DNA of 64,000 bases from Octopus sinensis (taxonomy: Eukaryota): the NCBI RefSeq assembly GCF_006345805.1, contig NC_042998.1:64232001-64296000 (forward strand), in the 5' to 3' direction. The first letter of the stretch is position 1; every line of letters begins with the position of its first letter. Below, piece after piece: positions 25,790-38,174 of this stretch. Under the pieces are notes generated by a model. That model was not told the origin of the DNA and searched no databases. It saw only the letters and a list, made by a program, of their open reading frames with translations. A program made the position numbers and the translations under genes.

Positions 25790-28175
25790 TAATAAAAACA
25801 GCGATGGACTTCTTTTGGATTCCAAAAGATGTTCAACGAATGTTCATGTCGTACTACGACAACCTGAGGATGAGATTTACAGCAGGAAAGTTCACAACGG
25901 AGTGGCAACGGCTTGAAATAGGTATTGCAGCCGGATTCACGATATCAGTCATCTTGTTCGTGCTAGTCATGGAAATGCTACTCAGATCTACAAACTGGGA
26001 GAAAGCTGTTACAAAGACACAATTAAGGGCTTTTATCGACGACGTAACTATATTATCGGAAAGTAGAGAAGTAGCAGGGGGAACGTTAGAGCGGTTGGAC
26101 GAACTGATAGGATGGGCCAAGATGAAATTCAAAGCCAAAAAATCTCGAAGCGTGGCTTTCGTGAAAGGAAGGCAAGAAGAAGTGAAATTCAGGAAGTGAA
26201 GACATACCAACGATGGTATAGAAACTTATTAAATGATAAGAAGCAAGGGAAAGAAACACACGAGTTAGTAGAACAAGGATTAAAGGTAATTGACAGAACA
26301 ACACTGCCAGGGAAATTCAAGTGTTGGATTCTGCAATTTGAGCTGTACCCAAGGATAATGTGGCCATTGCAACTGTACGAAATAGCCTCGAGTAGAGTAG
26401 AAAGGTAGGAGAAAAGATGCAGTGTGTTTATCAGAAAATGGCTCGGTCTGCCGAAACCACTGAATACAACTGCACTATATGGAAAATCCGTGCTGCAACT
26501 ACCAATAGCATCAATCGCCGAAGAATATAAGGCAGGAAAGGCAAGGACAGTAATGATGCTAAGGTATTCAAAAGATCAGAGCATTCGGGAAAATCCTCCA
26601 AAGGTACGAACAGGGAGGAAATCGAAGGCGGAAGAGGCAGTAAACAGTGCGATCGAAAAACTCAGGCACGCAGATATAGTCGGAGCGACGCAAGAAGCTA
26701 GAACCGGCCTAGGGTCGCAAAATGTCAGGCCATTTTGCAAGAGCAGTGTAAAAGAGATGAAAGAGGCAGTGGTATACGAAGTGAGAAAGGAGGGAGAAGA
26801 AAGGCGAAATGTACATTTGGTACAATGCAGTCAACAGGGACTTTGCCTGAGATGGGAGGAGTATGTGATCAACCACAGAATATCATGGAAGGAACTTTGA
26901 GCTTGGGAACAAACAAGAACATCCTTCCTGATCAAGTCTACCTTCAACGTTCTACGCTCACCGGCGAACTTAGTCCGGTGGAATTTAAAAACAACCGATG
27001 AGTGTAGATGCGGAGAGAAATCGACGGTTAAACATGTTCTGTCAAGTTGCAGACTAGCACTTGAAAGATATACTTGGCGCCATAATCAAGTCCTCGGCGT
27101 CATAAGCGCAGCACTCAAGGAAAAAATCGAGAGGTACAATAGGGGAGAGTACCCAAAATTAGAAAAGCGCAGGAAAATATACTTCCACAAGGGAAAAGGT
27201 TATAAAACCAGGCCTACAAATACAGTATTCGAGATGGACGAAAGATGGAAGGGATACTGGGAGGTGGCCACGGACTTGGAATGACAAGTAATATTTCCAC
27301 TAATAAAACCAACAAAAAAACCGGATTTAGTTCTATGGAACAGAGACCGGAGAATGGGAATTTTACTAGAAGTGACAGTACCTTGGGAAGAGAACATCGG
27401 CAATGCAGAGGACCGAAAGGAGAAGAGGTATGAAAAGCTAATCGAAGAATGCAGAGAACAGGGATGGAATGTGGAATATTATCACCTGGCAGTGGAGGCT
27501 AGAGGCTTCATTGAAAAGAAAATGACAACGCTTTTCAAAAGAAGATTTGTTTTTTCTAGACTCGAGCTGCGTAAACTAATAAGGAAAGTACAAGAGGCGG
27601 TCGAAAAAGTCAGCTTCTATATATGGCTGAAGCGGGAAGACCGAAAATGGCTTGAAAGTCATAAACACACCGACGGGAAATAAGATCATTAGGTGAGACA
27701 AGCTGAGTGACAGTTGACGGTCGTGTAGAAGAATTGCGGGCTAAAACTTCGCGCCTTCACTAGTCAGTTAAGGTGAGACAGTGTCACGTGACAACTTGCT
27801 TGGGCTGCCTGCTGGAGCCTTTGCGGCAGGTAATTAAAGGCAAAAGTTTGACAAGACAGTCAGTCCCTGGCTGACGCTCGCTGACGATACATCGAAGAGG
27901 TCAGGGAACAGAAGAAAGAAGAAGAAAGAAGATATGCACCCAACAACAGAACTGAAGACACCTAGGAAAGTGGGGACCCCGCCACGTCTAAACGGTAGAG
28001 AGGTAGGGGCCGAAACCGGACGTGGTTCCTCCTAATGATGTCTTGAGCTAACTGGATCCTATAAAGGATCTGTTGAGGTAGCGGACCACGAAATATGGTT
28101 GTAATTCCTATAGCAATCTAAGTGTAACTTAGTTGTAGAAATGATAACATTCCACCGATTTTGTTCTAACAAATG
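25790..28175 (+). mobile_element. 5'-truncated Hero-like RLE non-LTR retrotransposon (RT + CCHC + restriction-like endonuclease), pseudogenised
   Basis: WQRLEIGIAAGFTISVILF, AFIDDVT, KFKAKKSRS, LPGKFKCW, RKWLGLP, CRCG..KHVLSSC..RYTWRHNQVL, KPDLVLW..LLEVTVPWEE. Stops or frameshifts near 26195, 26406, 26898 and 27281. ORF ends at 27683, followed by a ~490-bp 3' UTR. Confidence 0.85.
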
Positions 28176-29229
28176 ATATATATATAATCTAAAATAATAA
28201 CTGGAATTCTAGAATGAATGTTACATAAACAACATAATAAATTTGATGGTTATAAGTATTAAGAATCAAAGCAACCTAAACAAACATTACCTATCTAACA
28301 ATAATATAACCAACTGCGGTGTGATGAGTTGAAAAATGTCTTTATCTCTGCTAATTCAGTAAGTAATTAAATGCCGAATAATATAACATTTCTCTGAAAC
28401 CAGTGCTATAATTTAATATATATTTGAGTCCTATTCAGATAATGTACATTTAAAAATATTGAAAAAAGTACATTCTGTCAATTTCAGTGATTAGATTCTG
28501 GTTTTGTTTGTTGTTTAAACGCTTATTCCATGGTACAATAAACACTATTATTATTTTCCGCCACTAACATATAAGATCAATAAATATCTATTTATATTTA
28601 ATATTTTAGTAATAGAACGCAGACAGTAGAAAAACCGAGACCGAATACACCAACACACATGCATATATACACACACACATATAAATAGACAGATAGATAG
28701 AAAAATAGACAGATAGATAAATAGAGTGGCAGAAAATATGTGTATATGTGCGGATGTTAATTTATTCCAAATAAAAAAGTTATAATGAATTCTACATACA
28801 AAACTGGGACTTAGATACCACTGTAACAAAAAAAAATTACGGCGCACGCTCACAAACACACACACACACATACACACACATAACTTATTTACATGAAGTA
28901 GATACATTGATATATATTCGTTTTGTAAGATTCTTGATGTGAAATCGTATATTGAAACAGATATTGTTGTATTTAGGGACAGTTTTGTTGCCAGTTTAGC
29001 CAATGAAATCACACGCAGTATATATATGGTGTTCACTTGCTTCAGCTTTATTTTATATTACCTGTATTTTGGCCAGAGATATTTCGTCACATTCCTGTGA
29101 CCTTATCAGTGGTTCTTTGCTTTCTTCTTTCTTTATTGTGTATCTTCTTACAAACTATCTCCCCCCCCCACAAATAAAAAAGAATGATGCAGGCAAAAAC
29201 CACTGATGTAATCACAGAAGAGTGTAACA

Positions 29230-29573
29230 TAAGAACTATGGCCGAAATGCAATTCATATAAAATAAATCCGAAGCAAGTGAATGCCAAATACATAAGGCT
29301 CGTGTTTCCATTGGCTAAACTGGAAACATGATCATCCCCAAATAAATAGTACCCAGTTGCTCGTTCTTCTCTCCGTCCACAACACACTAAGGATTCTGCG
29401 GTAACATCACATTGCAAACGCGCTCACTCTTTTCTTGTCTGCATTCAACATTCTCCACGACTCGTAACCGTACGTCGCAATACAGAAAGCGGCAACCCGA
29501 AGTAGCCTTATCTTAAGCAGCATTGACTCGACACGACTCTTCCAGATGTTCTCCATATCTTGTACCGCTGGTA

Positions 29574-29575
<2 letters not shown>
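29230..29575 (-). mobile_element. RTE-type LINE RT C-terminal fragment
   Basis: IWKSR...KIRLLRVAAFCIATYGYESW...KKRVSAF resembles the RTE YGCESW region. Confidence 0.65.
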
Positions 29576-29611
<36 letters not shown>

Positions 29612-29614
<3 letters not shown>

Positions 29615-29760
29615 GTGCTTCTTTCAGTTTCCATCTACCAAACTCACTCACAAATCTTTGGTCAGCCCGAAGACACTTGCTCAAAGTGCCACGCAGCGTG
29701 ATTGAACTCGAGACCAGGTGGTTGGGATGCAAGCTTCCTACTACATGTCCGCCCTGTGCC
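29612..29760 (-). mobile_element. tRNA-derived SINE head
   Basis: Reverse complement of the SINE head at 61946-62100. Confidence 0.6.
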
Positions 29761-29765
29761 TATAC

Positions 29766-29803
<38 letters not shown>

Positions 29804-30000
29804 ATATATATATAATATATATATATATATATAGAATGCAATTATATATGTGTGTGTGTGTGTTTATCTGTATGTGAGTGAGTATATACATACACACACA
29901 CATATATATAGTTGGAATATACAAGAAACACAAAAGACGAAGACAGGCGCATAAACAACAAACATGTGTATTAGTTTAACGCTTGCGAACGTGAGGAAGT

Positions 30001-30036
30001 CTTTTACGTTTCGAGCCTACGCTCTTCAACAGAAAA
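30001..30036 (-). ncRNA. Minimal hammerhead-like motif with CUGUUGA core
   Basis: UUUU CUGUUGA A GAGC GUAG GCUC GAAAC GUA AAAG, inside a repeat at ~29910-30060 that is related to 35790-35990. Confidence 0.55.
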
Positions 30037-30174
30037 TAAACAGAGAGAGAGAATACAATAAACATACAAAATACATATGTATGCTTCTTTGTGGTTTAAT
30101 AAAGCTGCCTTTGGTTTCCTGCGGAGAGAAATCTCAGAAACTACTAAGCCAGCCACATGATTATTTGGTATTCT

Positions 30175-30223
30175 GCTTCCTGAAGATTTCTCTTGAATGA
30201 AAAAGTTCTAGTCCTGTAGAAGC
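30175..30223 (+). ncRNA. Hammerhead motif (degenerate stem III)
   Basis: GCUUC CUGAAGA UUUC UCUU GAAU GAAA AAGUUCUAGUCCU GUA GAAGC. Perfect 5-bp stem I. Confidence 0.6.
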
Positions 30224-30317
30224 TCCTTCTATATAATAAATTAATTTTACTCTGCTATGTATTGAGTACCTTATTTACTGTGGTTAACCCCGAATCAACC
30301 CGGGACCTACATATATA

Positions 30318-30359
<42 letters not shown>

Positions 30360-30426
30360 GCAAATATAGATAAATAAATTGATAGATGCATAGATACATA
30401 GATAGATGGATGGATAGATATATAAT

Positions 30427-30716
30427 TTTCTTTATTAGCCACACACGGCTGAACACAGAGGATCAAATGGATCGTGTATCACAGAGGAATTTTTTAAACT
30501 ATAAGAAGCAAGATTAGGTTTATCGGTGGAAAGAAAATACTACAGAAAAGACCTCGGTAACTTCAGGCAGGGAGGGAATAAGCACACGAGAGAAAAGTGC
30601 TCTCTCTCCCTCTCTGTCTGTCTCTCTCTTTACAATTTACAGGATAATGCTCAAAGTGGTTTCGTCGCTCGCACGCATTATCGTTGCTGCAATTACCCAC
30701 CTTGTTTTGAAACTCT
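30427..30716 (-). mobile_element. Second, shorter Tx1-like LINE 3' end within (GATA)n
   Basis: TTTCTTTATTAGCCACAC is the reverse complement of the 23770 end. 30630-30716 matches the end of the ORF at ~23305-23390. Confidence 0.7.
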
Positions 30717-30721
30717 CTATT

Positions 30722-30752
<31 letters not shown>

Positions 30753-30753
30753 T

Positions 30754-30830
<77 letters not shown>

Positions 30831-32864
30831 ATAAATTGATTGATAGATATATGGATGGGCGCCAGTATTTTTGTGTATATGTGTCTTTTGTGTGTAAGCA
30901 ATAAGTTCAATTGAGGAATGTTTACACTTAACGTTTTCAGTGCTAATAGCGATATATTACATTCAACACTAACCATCATCACAAAAGCGTTACATTGTCA
31001 TACCACATGTAAACAGTTTGTGATGTCAATTATTCTGTTACACTGGTTTACTCATTTGTTATGTTAGCGACCATTGGATAACTTAACGAAGATGTTGTTA
31101 TCGTTCTCAACAAATTCGACAGCGCCTTATATCTTGATATTCTGGTACCTACTTTATGTAAGATTCTTTCATGAGGTGCAGTTGAGTTCGCGGATATTAT
31201 AGCGTCGGCAATATTTTGCGATACCCCTATCTTTCCAACAGAAGAACCACCAACTTTTTTTCTTTTTTCTCTTTTTTTTTCTTTTACCAAGCGTATGGTT
31301 CTCACACCATTTATTTTTCACGCCAGCTACATGCTGATTTGCTTAATAAGCACTATAAAGTGCAAATAATCTTGCAGTGTAAGACGTAATTTTCTTTAAT
31401 ATTACTTAAGATTTCAGCATCTATAATACTGGTTACTATGGGATGGTATGTCTGAATATATACAATAATTTCTGATTGCATTGTAGTGTTGAAAGAATTA
31501 ATGAATATTACACACCATTGTAACATATATTATTCATACGTCAAGCTGAGGGAGTAACATTAAACTTACGCTAACATACGCTACATGCCTACACCAACGA
31601 AAGATTAGAGATGAAATATTCTAAACTATGGACTTAATGATAAAAGCGTATGAGATTATATGAAAGATTCTGAATTTTGAAGTGAGAAACAGATATAGAT
31701 TCTAATTTGAAGCACATAAAACATTGATGTAAGTATATGATTGTGTATTACGAAAGGAATATGCAAAATGTATCTCACAGAAAAAGAAAATATTGACAAT
31801 ATTTTGTCATGTACTATTAGTACACACATAATTACACATAATTACTTTCAATATATGACTGTGATTTTCGGTATAGTCAATGCTGAAATATGTTTCCAAA
31901 CATTATATTGTATGGAAGCTTGTTTGTACATAATGGAATAAGCATGTATTGTCTCTATGGGTGCAACTACCTCTGGGTTAAGATTTTTAAGAAGTGTCGA
32001 CTGATGTTTCTGATGTGTTCTATTTTAAATTGTATTTTATTAATCCAAACCTGTAGAGAAAGTATTGTTTGCTATCATGTCTATTGATCATAATAATTAG
32101 TCTAACACTATATAGCAAATCAGTTGTTTTAAAGCTGGAATATTAACAAATTACGATTAAAGGCACAAACAACATCATAATTGACCCGCCCATTGTGAAA
32201 ATATAAGTGAAAAGTATAACTAAAAGAAAAAAACATTGAGACCAGTATCCAGATAACTGTATTAACATTTTAGTAACGAAGTAGTTTTTGAAATAGTATA
32301 CAAGTATAATCACCAAATAACTAACACGTATACTATGTAGAGATAGTTAATAGTCGCTTAAAGTTAACATAAATTCACATGCGAAATGAGGCTTCGAAAT
32401 AGAAAGAAGATAAGGCAAATATAAGAGAAGATAACACAAATGCAAGCCATTGCAAAGCCGATGAACCTCATGCAACAAATATGAAATCAAAGCAACTATT
32501 AGCGCTTAAAACAGAAATAGATAACACAGGTCCAAGGCAAAATCTGTCAAGAAATACACAAAATGAAACAAGAAAAAATATTGTCTATGTTGAACGTACA
32601 TATTGATTCCTACAACTGTAGCGAGATCTCAAATTTCTGAGATAATTAGATAACATTCTGTTACTATTTTATCGATTTCTATAAGTCAAATAGATATTTC
32701 ACGCTATTTTACGCAACAAGGATAAATAGAATACATAACAGAGAATTATACTTATTTATGTGTATGTTGGTGTGTATAGACATATATAGATATATATATA
32801 TATATATATATATACGTATGAATTTATATATGCACATCCACACACACGTAATCATGTATATATA

Positions 32865-32931
<67 letters not shown>

Positions 32932-32982
32932 TGTATGTATGTGTATGCTTCTGTTATAAAACGAAAAGTGAGGCAACATATT

Positions 32983-34284
32983 CAGGGTGGAGCAGAGAGG
33001 AGAGACATTTTTGAAAAATTAACAAAATCATTAATTTAAGCTGCAAACAAAGTTTATTGGCATCAATGTGTTCGTATTTAATTAGTATTTGTCAAAATCA
33101 AGTGTAGAAAACAACTTCCATCATGTGGTGTCCATTTTCACTGATGCATATCTGAAGGCGTTCTTGGAGATTGATTTCCACTCTCTCCAGCATTGTTCTG
33201 TCAAATCATCCATTGTACGTTTATGCGCATACACACGTGCATTGAGGTTTCTCCACAAGAATCAATCACGCATGAACTAATCAGGGACCGAGGGAACCTA
33301 GGAATGTCAACAAACCTGGAAATGAGGCGATCCTCAAACAGAGGGCAAAGAACGTCTATTGACGCTTTGGTTGTGTGACTCACCGCCCCATCCTGCTGAA
33401 ACCACACACACCAAATTTGTGTAGGGCTTCCTCGTAATTCATGCACAAAGAAGTTGTTTATCATCTTGATGTAATGATCAGAGTTCACAGTAACAGCGTT
33501 TCTATTATTACCTTCCAAAAGTTAACGAACAATGGCGGCTGATTTTCCAACAGCACAGCAGACCGGCCCTTTTGGAATGTGCGGTGGTCTTTCATGCAGT
33601 TCCCTCGGATTTTCTAGAGCCCAATAACAACAGTTCTGTTGATTCACTATGTCATCGAGATGAAAATGAGCTTCAGCATTCAGTAACAAAATGTGGTTGT
33701 CATTTGCCTCAAAAATTACTTCCACCTGACTTGCGAAGTTAAGCCGTTGTGCATAGTCTCATGGTTTCAATTGCTGTCAAATGAACAATTTGTACGGGTC
33801 GAAATGTAGGTTTTCATGCAAAATACGCCTTACCAATCGATTACCGATGCTAGGTTCAGTGGAATACTTCCGAGCAGTACGATTCAGACTCCGTATGAAA
33901 GCTTGTCGGACGCATTCCACAATTTCTGGCGTCCGTACCGTTCGTGGCGACACCACCGATCTCCTATTCATTAGTGTATCTTGTGCAGGAAGTGCATTCG
34001 CCCAACGTAAGATTATGCTACGTGCGGGAAGAGTCTGATTTCGGTGTATGTTAAAGTGACCCCAAAACTCACGATGAATGCCTGTAACAGACTCGTTATT
34101 CTTCACGTAACTGCTGTAAGCAAATATGCGGTGCTTTTCGTCTATAGCGCCATGGCTTCTACTGAAAAGAATAAAGAAATGCTGAGACACCACCGGCCGA
34201 ATGGTAATTGTCAGACAATTGTCCCTCAACCTAGGGCTGAATAATAGCACTTTCAAAAACACCCTTCCTCTCCGCTTCACCCTG
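32983..34284 (-). mobile_element. Tc1/mariner-superfamily DNA transposon with TIRs; transposase pseudogene
   Basis: TIRs CAGGGTGGAGCAGAGAGGAGAGAC and (rc) CAGGGTGAAGCGGAGAGGAAGGGT. N-terminal HTH region (RTVRTPE..VRRILHENLHFDPYK), AEAHFHL..VNQQNCCYW, WFQQDGAVSHT. Frameshifted. Confidence 0.88.
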
Positions 34285-34287
34285 TAT

Positions 34288-34510
34288 ATGAGGAGGAGAA
34301 GACCCCCTTCGGTGATGAATGATCATGGGATTGCACCTAGAAAGTTACCCTCCGAAGCACAAGTGATGTGGCAACTCATTTCTACAGCTGCGTTAACGGA
34401 GCAACGTGTAATAAAGTATCTTGTTCAAGAACACAACACACATCCTGGTCCAGGAATCGAACTCACAACCTCACGATCGTAACATCGGTGCTCTAATCAC
34501 TGAGCCATGC
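34288..34510 (-). mobile_element. tRNA-derived SINE
   Basis: Minus strand: GCATGGCTCAGTGATTAGAGC (A-box) and GTGAGTTCGATTCCTGG (B-box). Confidence 0.7.
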
Positions 34511-35718
34511 ACAGATGAAATTTTACCCTGTATATATACAGCCAAATACTGTACGGCTCTGTCCTGGGAACGAACATCTTAAAAACTTCTTAACTACTTA
34601 TCTTGTAGTGAACCTACATATGTCACGAATGCTTTGTAAATATCCATATGAGCATAGCACGTTTAATAATCATACATGAATATGAACGGATCTTTCTTTA
34701 GGTTTCTACTATAGACTAAGCGACTGTATTCTTTTCACATGACGTCTCTCAGACCAACGACATGTAGTTTGAAGAATTGTTTTCTCCTTAAATTCACTAC
34801 ATTTTTTAGGGTTACATAAATCATTGGACAGAGTTTTCCAATGTAAACCTGCGTTATTGGGCCAGGGGGTATATTTCAATGGTGAATGCATGAAATGAAA
34901 TTGTGAGTGATTAGGAAGGTCATTGTGGGTCAGGCACAGGAACATCTGAAAACCAAATGATTTGAAAATTTGTGTTATATCAATTGTAACAACTTTGTTT
35001 AAGTATTGTATGTAAGATCATTGATGCAATGTGCAATGTGTTATTAAACATACAATTCTCATCCATGGCTTACCTTTTAATCCCAAACGCCAATGTTTAA
35101 TTTTCATCTTCATGACAGAAGTGAGATAATGAGTCAATTTGATTCATTAAACCGTTTTATCCTGTTCCTGTTATTACATATTCTTAATCTGTAATATATT
35201 CATGAGGTAGATAGAATATCACCGAAATATTAATCCGATTTGTCTGCAGTTCAAGATTGTTGCATATAATAATGAGTATTAAGTAGTAAATGCTCTCATG
35301 TCAATTACGTCTAGCTTCGAAATAAATTGCTGTAACGAAATGAAGTTTGGAACAATGTCAAAGACTGTGGTTTCCTTAGTTCTACATAATCGATAAAGTA
35401 AAGAACATGATATACTCATATCTTTCTAGCATGCAAAATATTAATTAAAATTAATATTTTATCTGTAGACGTCAATCATCTAAATATTGCGTTTTATTTA
35501 TTGGACATTATTTAAAAAAAAAATTATTGGCCTGTTCAATAAAAGTGCATTCTGATATTTACGCACTTAGATGAAATCACACTTTTCATAAATATTCAAA
35601 AGGAGAAAAGGTTTTAAAACACGCACGCAACAATATATATAATGAATGTGAGAGTGTGTGTGTGTGTGTTGAGAGAGAGAGTATGAGTATGTGCGTATAT
35701 ATATATACACACACGCAC

Positions 35719-35792
<74 letters not shown>

Positions 35793-35872
35793 AGAATCAG
35801 AAAAAATAAGGCGAAGAAAGGTGAGGTAGACAACAAACAGATGTATTAGTTTAACGCTCGAGAAGTGAAAAA

Positions 35873-35911
35873 GTCTTTAACGCTTCGAGCTTAGGCTCTT
35901 CCACAGAAATG
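35873..35911 (-). ncRNA. Minimal hammerhead-like motif with CUGUGGA core (degenerate)
   Basis: AUUU CUGUGGA A GAGC CUAA GCUC GAAGCGUU AAAG. Same family as 30001-30036. Confidence 0.45.
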
Positions 35912-36212
35912 AACACAGGAAGAAAGAAGGAGAGAACATAAGGACCGAAATATAAGAGAGAAAATATATAGAGAATATATATATATATATATAGAAATAC
36001 AAAATGGCTGACGGTTAGTAAGGAGAGACACAAGTAAGTGAGAAGAAAACAAAGGACCACTGATGCGGTCACAGGAGTGTGACGAAAGAACTTTGGCCGA
36101 AATAAGATTAAGATTAATGTAAAAAATAAATATCACTGAAGCAAAATAACACCAAATATATAGTGCGTGTGTTTTTATTGGCTAAACTGGCAATATGACC
36201 ATTCCGAAATAT

Positions 36213-36255
<43 letters not shown>

Positions 36256-37471
36256 ATAATATATATATATATATATACGCATATACATACATACGTATAT
36301 GTGTGTGAGTAAGTGTGTGTGGATGTATGTGTTTGTGTATAAACGAGGAAATCTGAGACGTGAATATATTTATTTTACCCACTTGATATCCGTATGTTTT
36401 TCGGTTGTTTCAATGGGCGTTGATTGGTGAAATAAATATATTCGCACCTCGAATATCCACATTGTTAATGGTCTCTACATTCCTCGCCTAATAATTACGT
36501 AGGTTGACTATCTTGGATTTCAGCTGCATATAACTCTACATCATAGTTCTCTGTATTGGATTACTTTGGGTAATAGTACTCGGGTCCATTATGGAAAATT
36601 ACCCGTATGTTGCACTAAAATAAACATACACAGAAATTTATATGCATGTATATGTGCATATATAAATAAATATGTCTGAATACATGAACGTAGGTTTGGG
36701 GATACAAACAGGAAAATATTACCCACGATACATAAAATAAATAGATGCATAAAATAGATAACACATACTTACATAGATATATACACACATGTATAATTAT
36801 TTGGGATAGAGACAATGACTTGAGATAGAACGTAGAATCTGTGGACATCAGCTGCAAAGCAGATGTTAACATAAAGGTAAAGATCAGTGATAAAGAAAAT
36901 ACCTACCCTAAACTATTGAGAGATTCGCAGTTACTCTATTCAGATTTCATATTCAGGTTTATACCTGTTAGTATTGGAGAATTGGGATATATAACACACT
37001 GCCTAAATAGCAATCTTTAGATATTAGGCGTCTGAAAATCAGAAAGGAGAAAGCTGATTCGAAAACTACGAATCCAAGCCATCATTCAAACTGTAAAAAT
37101 CTATAAAACTTTCCAGAAATTTATCGTTTGCGTATGTAGGAATATAGCTGGATATGCAATTATATTCATGAAAATGCTAACACAAAACAAAGCATGCATA
37201 CATACAAACAAACATGCATACATACATACGCTATTGATGTTGAAATTCCAATGAATGAGCCTTGCATCCAGGTTAGAGACCCGCTTTCCCGCGGAATAAA
37301 TCTGATTAATGTCATACATACATAAATACACACATACATAACTCTATAAGTTAGGTCCTTATAAAAGTGGAATGTTTTTATTCGGCTTTTAAATAATGCA
37401 ATTTTGCAAATTGCATTACATTATTGAAATTTAATAAATGAACGGAAGGTATTATTATTATTATTATTATT

Positions 37472-38022
37472 GAGTGAGAGATAGTAGTGCATGCCATCAA
37501 AGTGACACTGGGGTAAAATATACGAAGCCCAATATATCCATCATGACTACCCGTCTGATAAGGGTGCACCAGGCACATGCATCACAACCATATATGCGCG
37601 ACTTGGTGATCTCATATAAAAATAAACAGCACATGACCTTGCAGGTGGGGCCCAGTTAGAATTTTCTTCTGGTCGAGTAGCCCATCCCACTCAAAGGGTC
37701 TCTGAATAAGGATTGTTGAAGGATGTTGAACGAAACACCCATGTTTCGAAAGGTGAATTATCCAAACCTCCAAGAATTCCTTTCAGCACATGGTTATGAT
37801 ACTCCCCCACTACTTCTGCTTGTGATCAGAGATGCACATATCGTCAGCCACTAAGGGACATGCTCAACTGGTTAAGGTGAAACATCTGACAAGCAAATCT
37901 GTGGTATTGAGCAGCATATTTGCTGTAGCCCATCTTTTATACCAAGAAAAAACAATGTACATGATAAAACTTCCAATCAGTTAAGATCAGAAGCCATGAG
38001 AGCCACTGCCCGGTACTGCATC
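37472..38022. mobile_element. Non-coding interspersed element inserted in (TTA)n
   Basis: A GC-richer ~550-bp block bounded by (TTA)n on both sides, with no recognisable ORF. Confidence 0.45.
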
Positions 38023-38029
38023 ATTATTA

Positions 38030-38174
<145 letters not shown>

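Noticed and set aside
31048-31305. 85-aa minus-strand ORF
   Set aside because: No known motif or convincing start or splice context.
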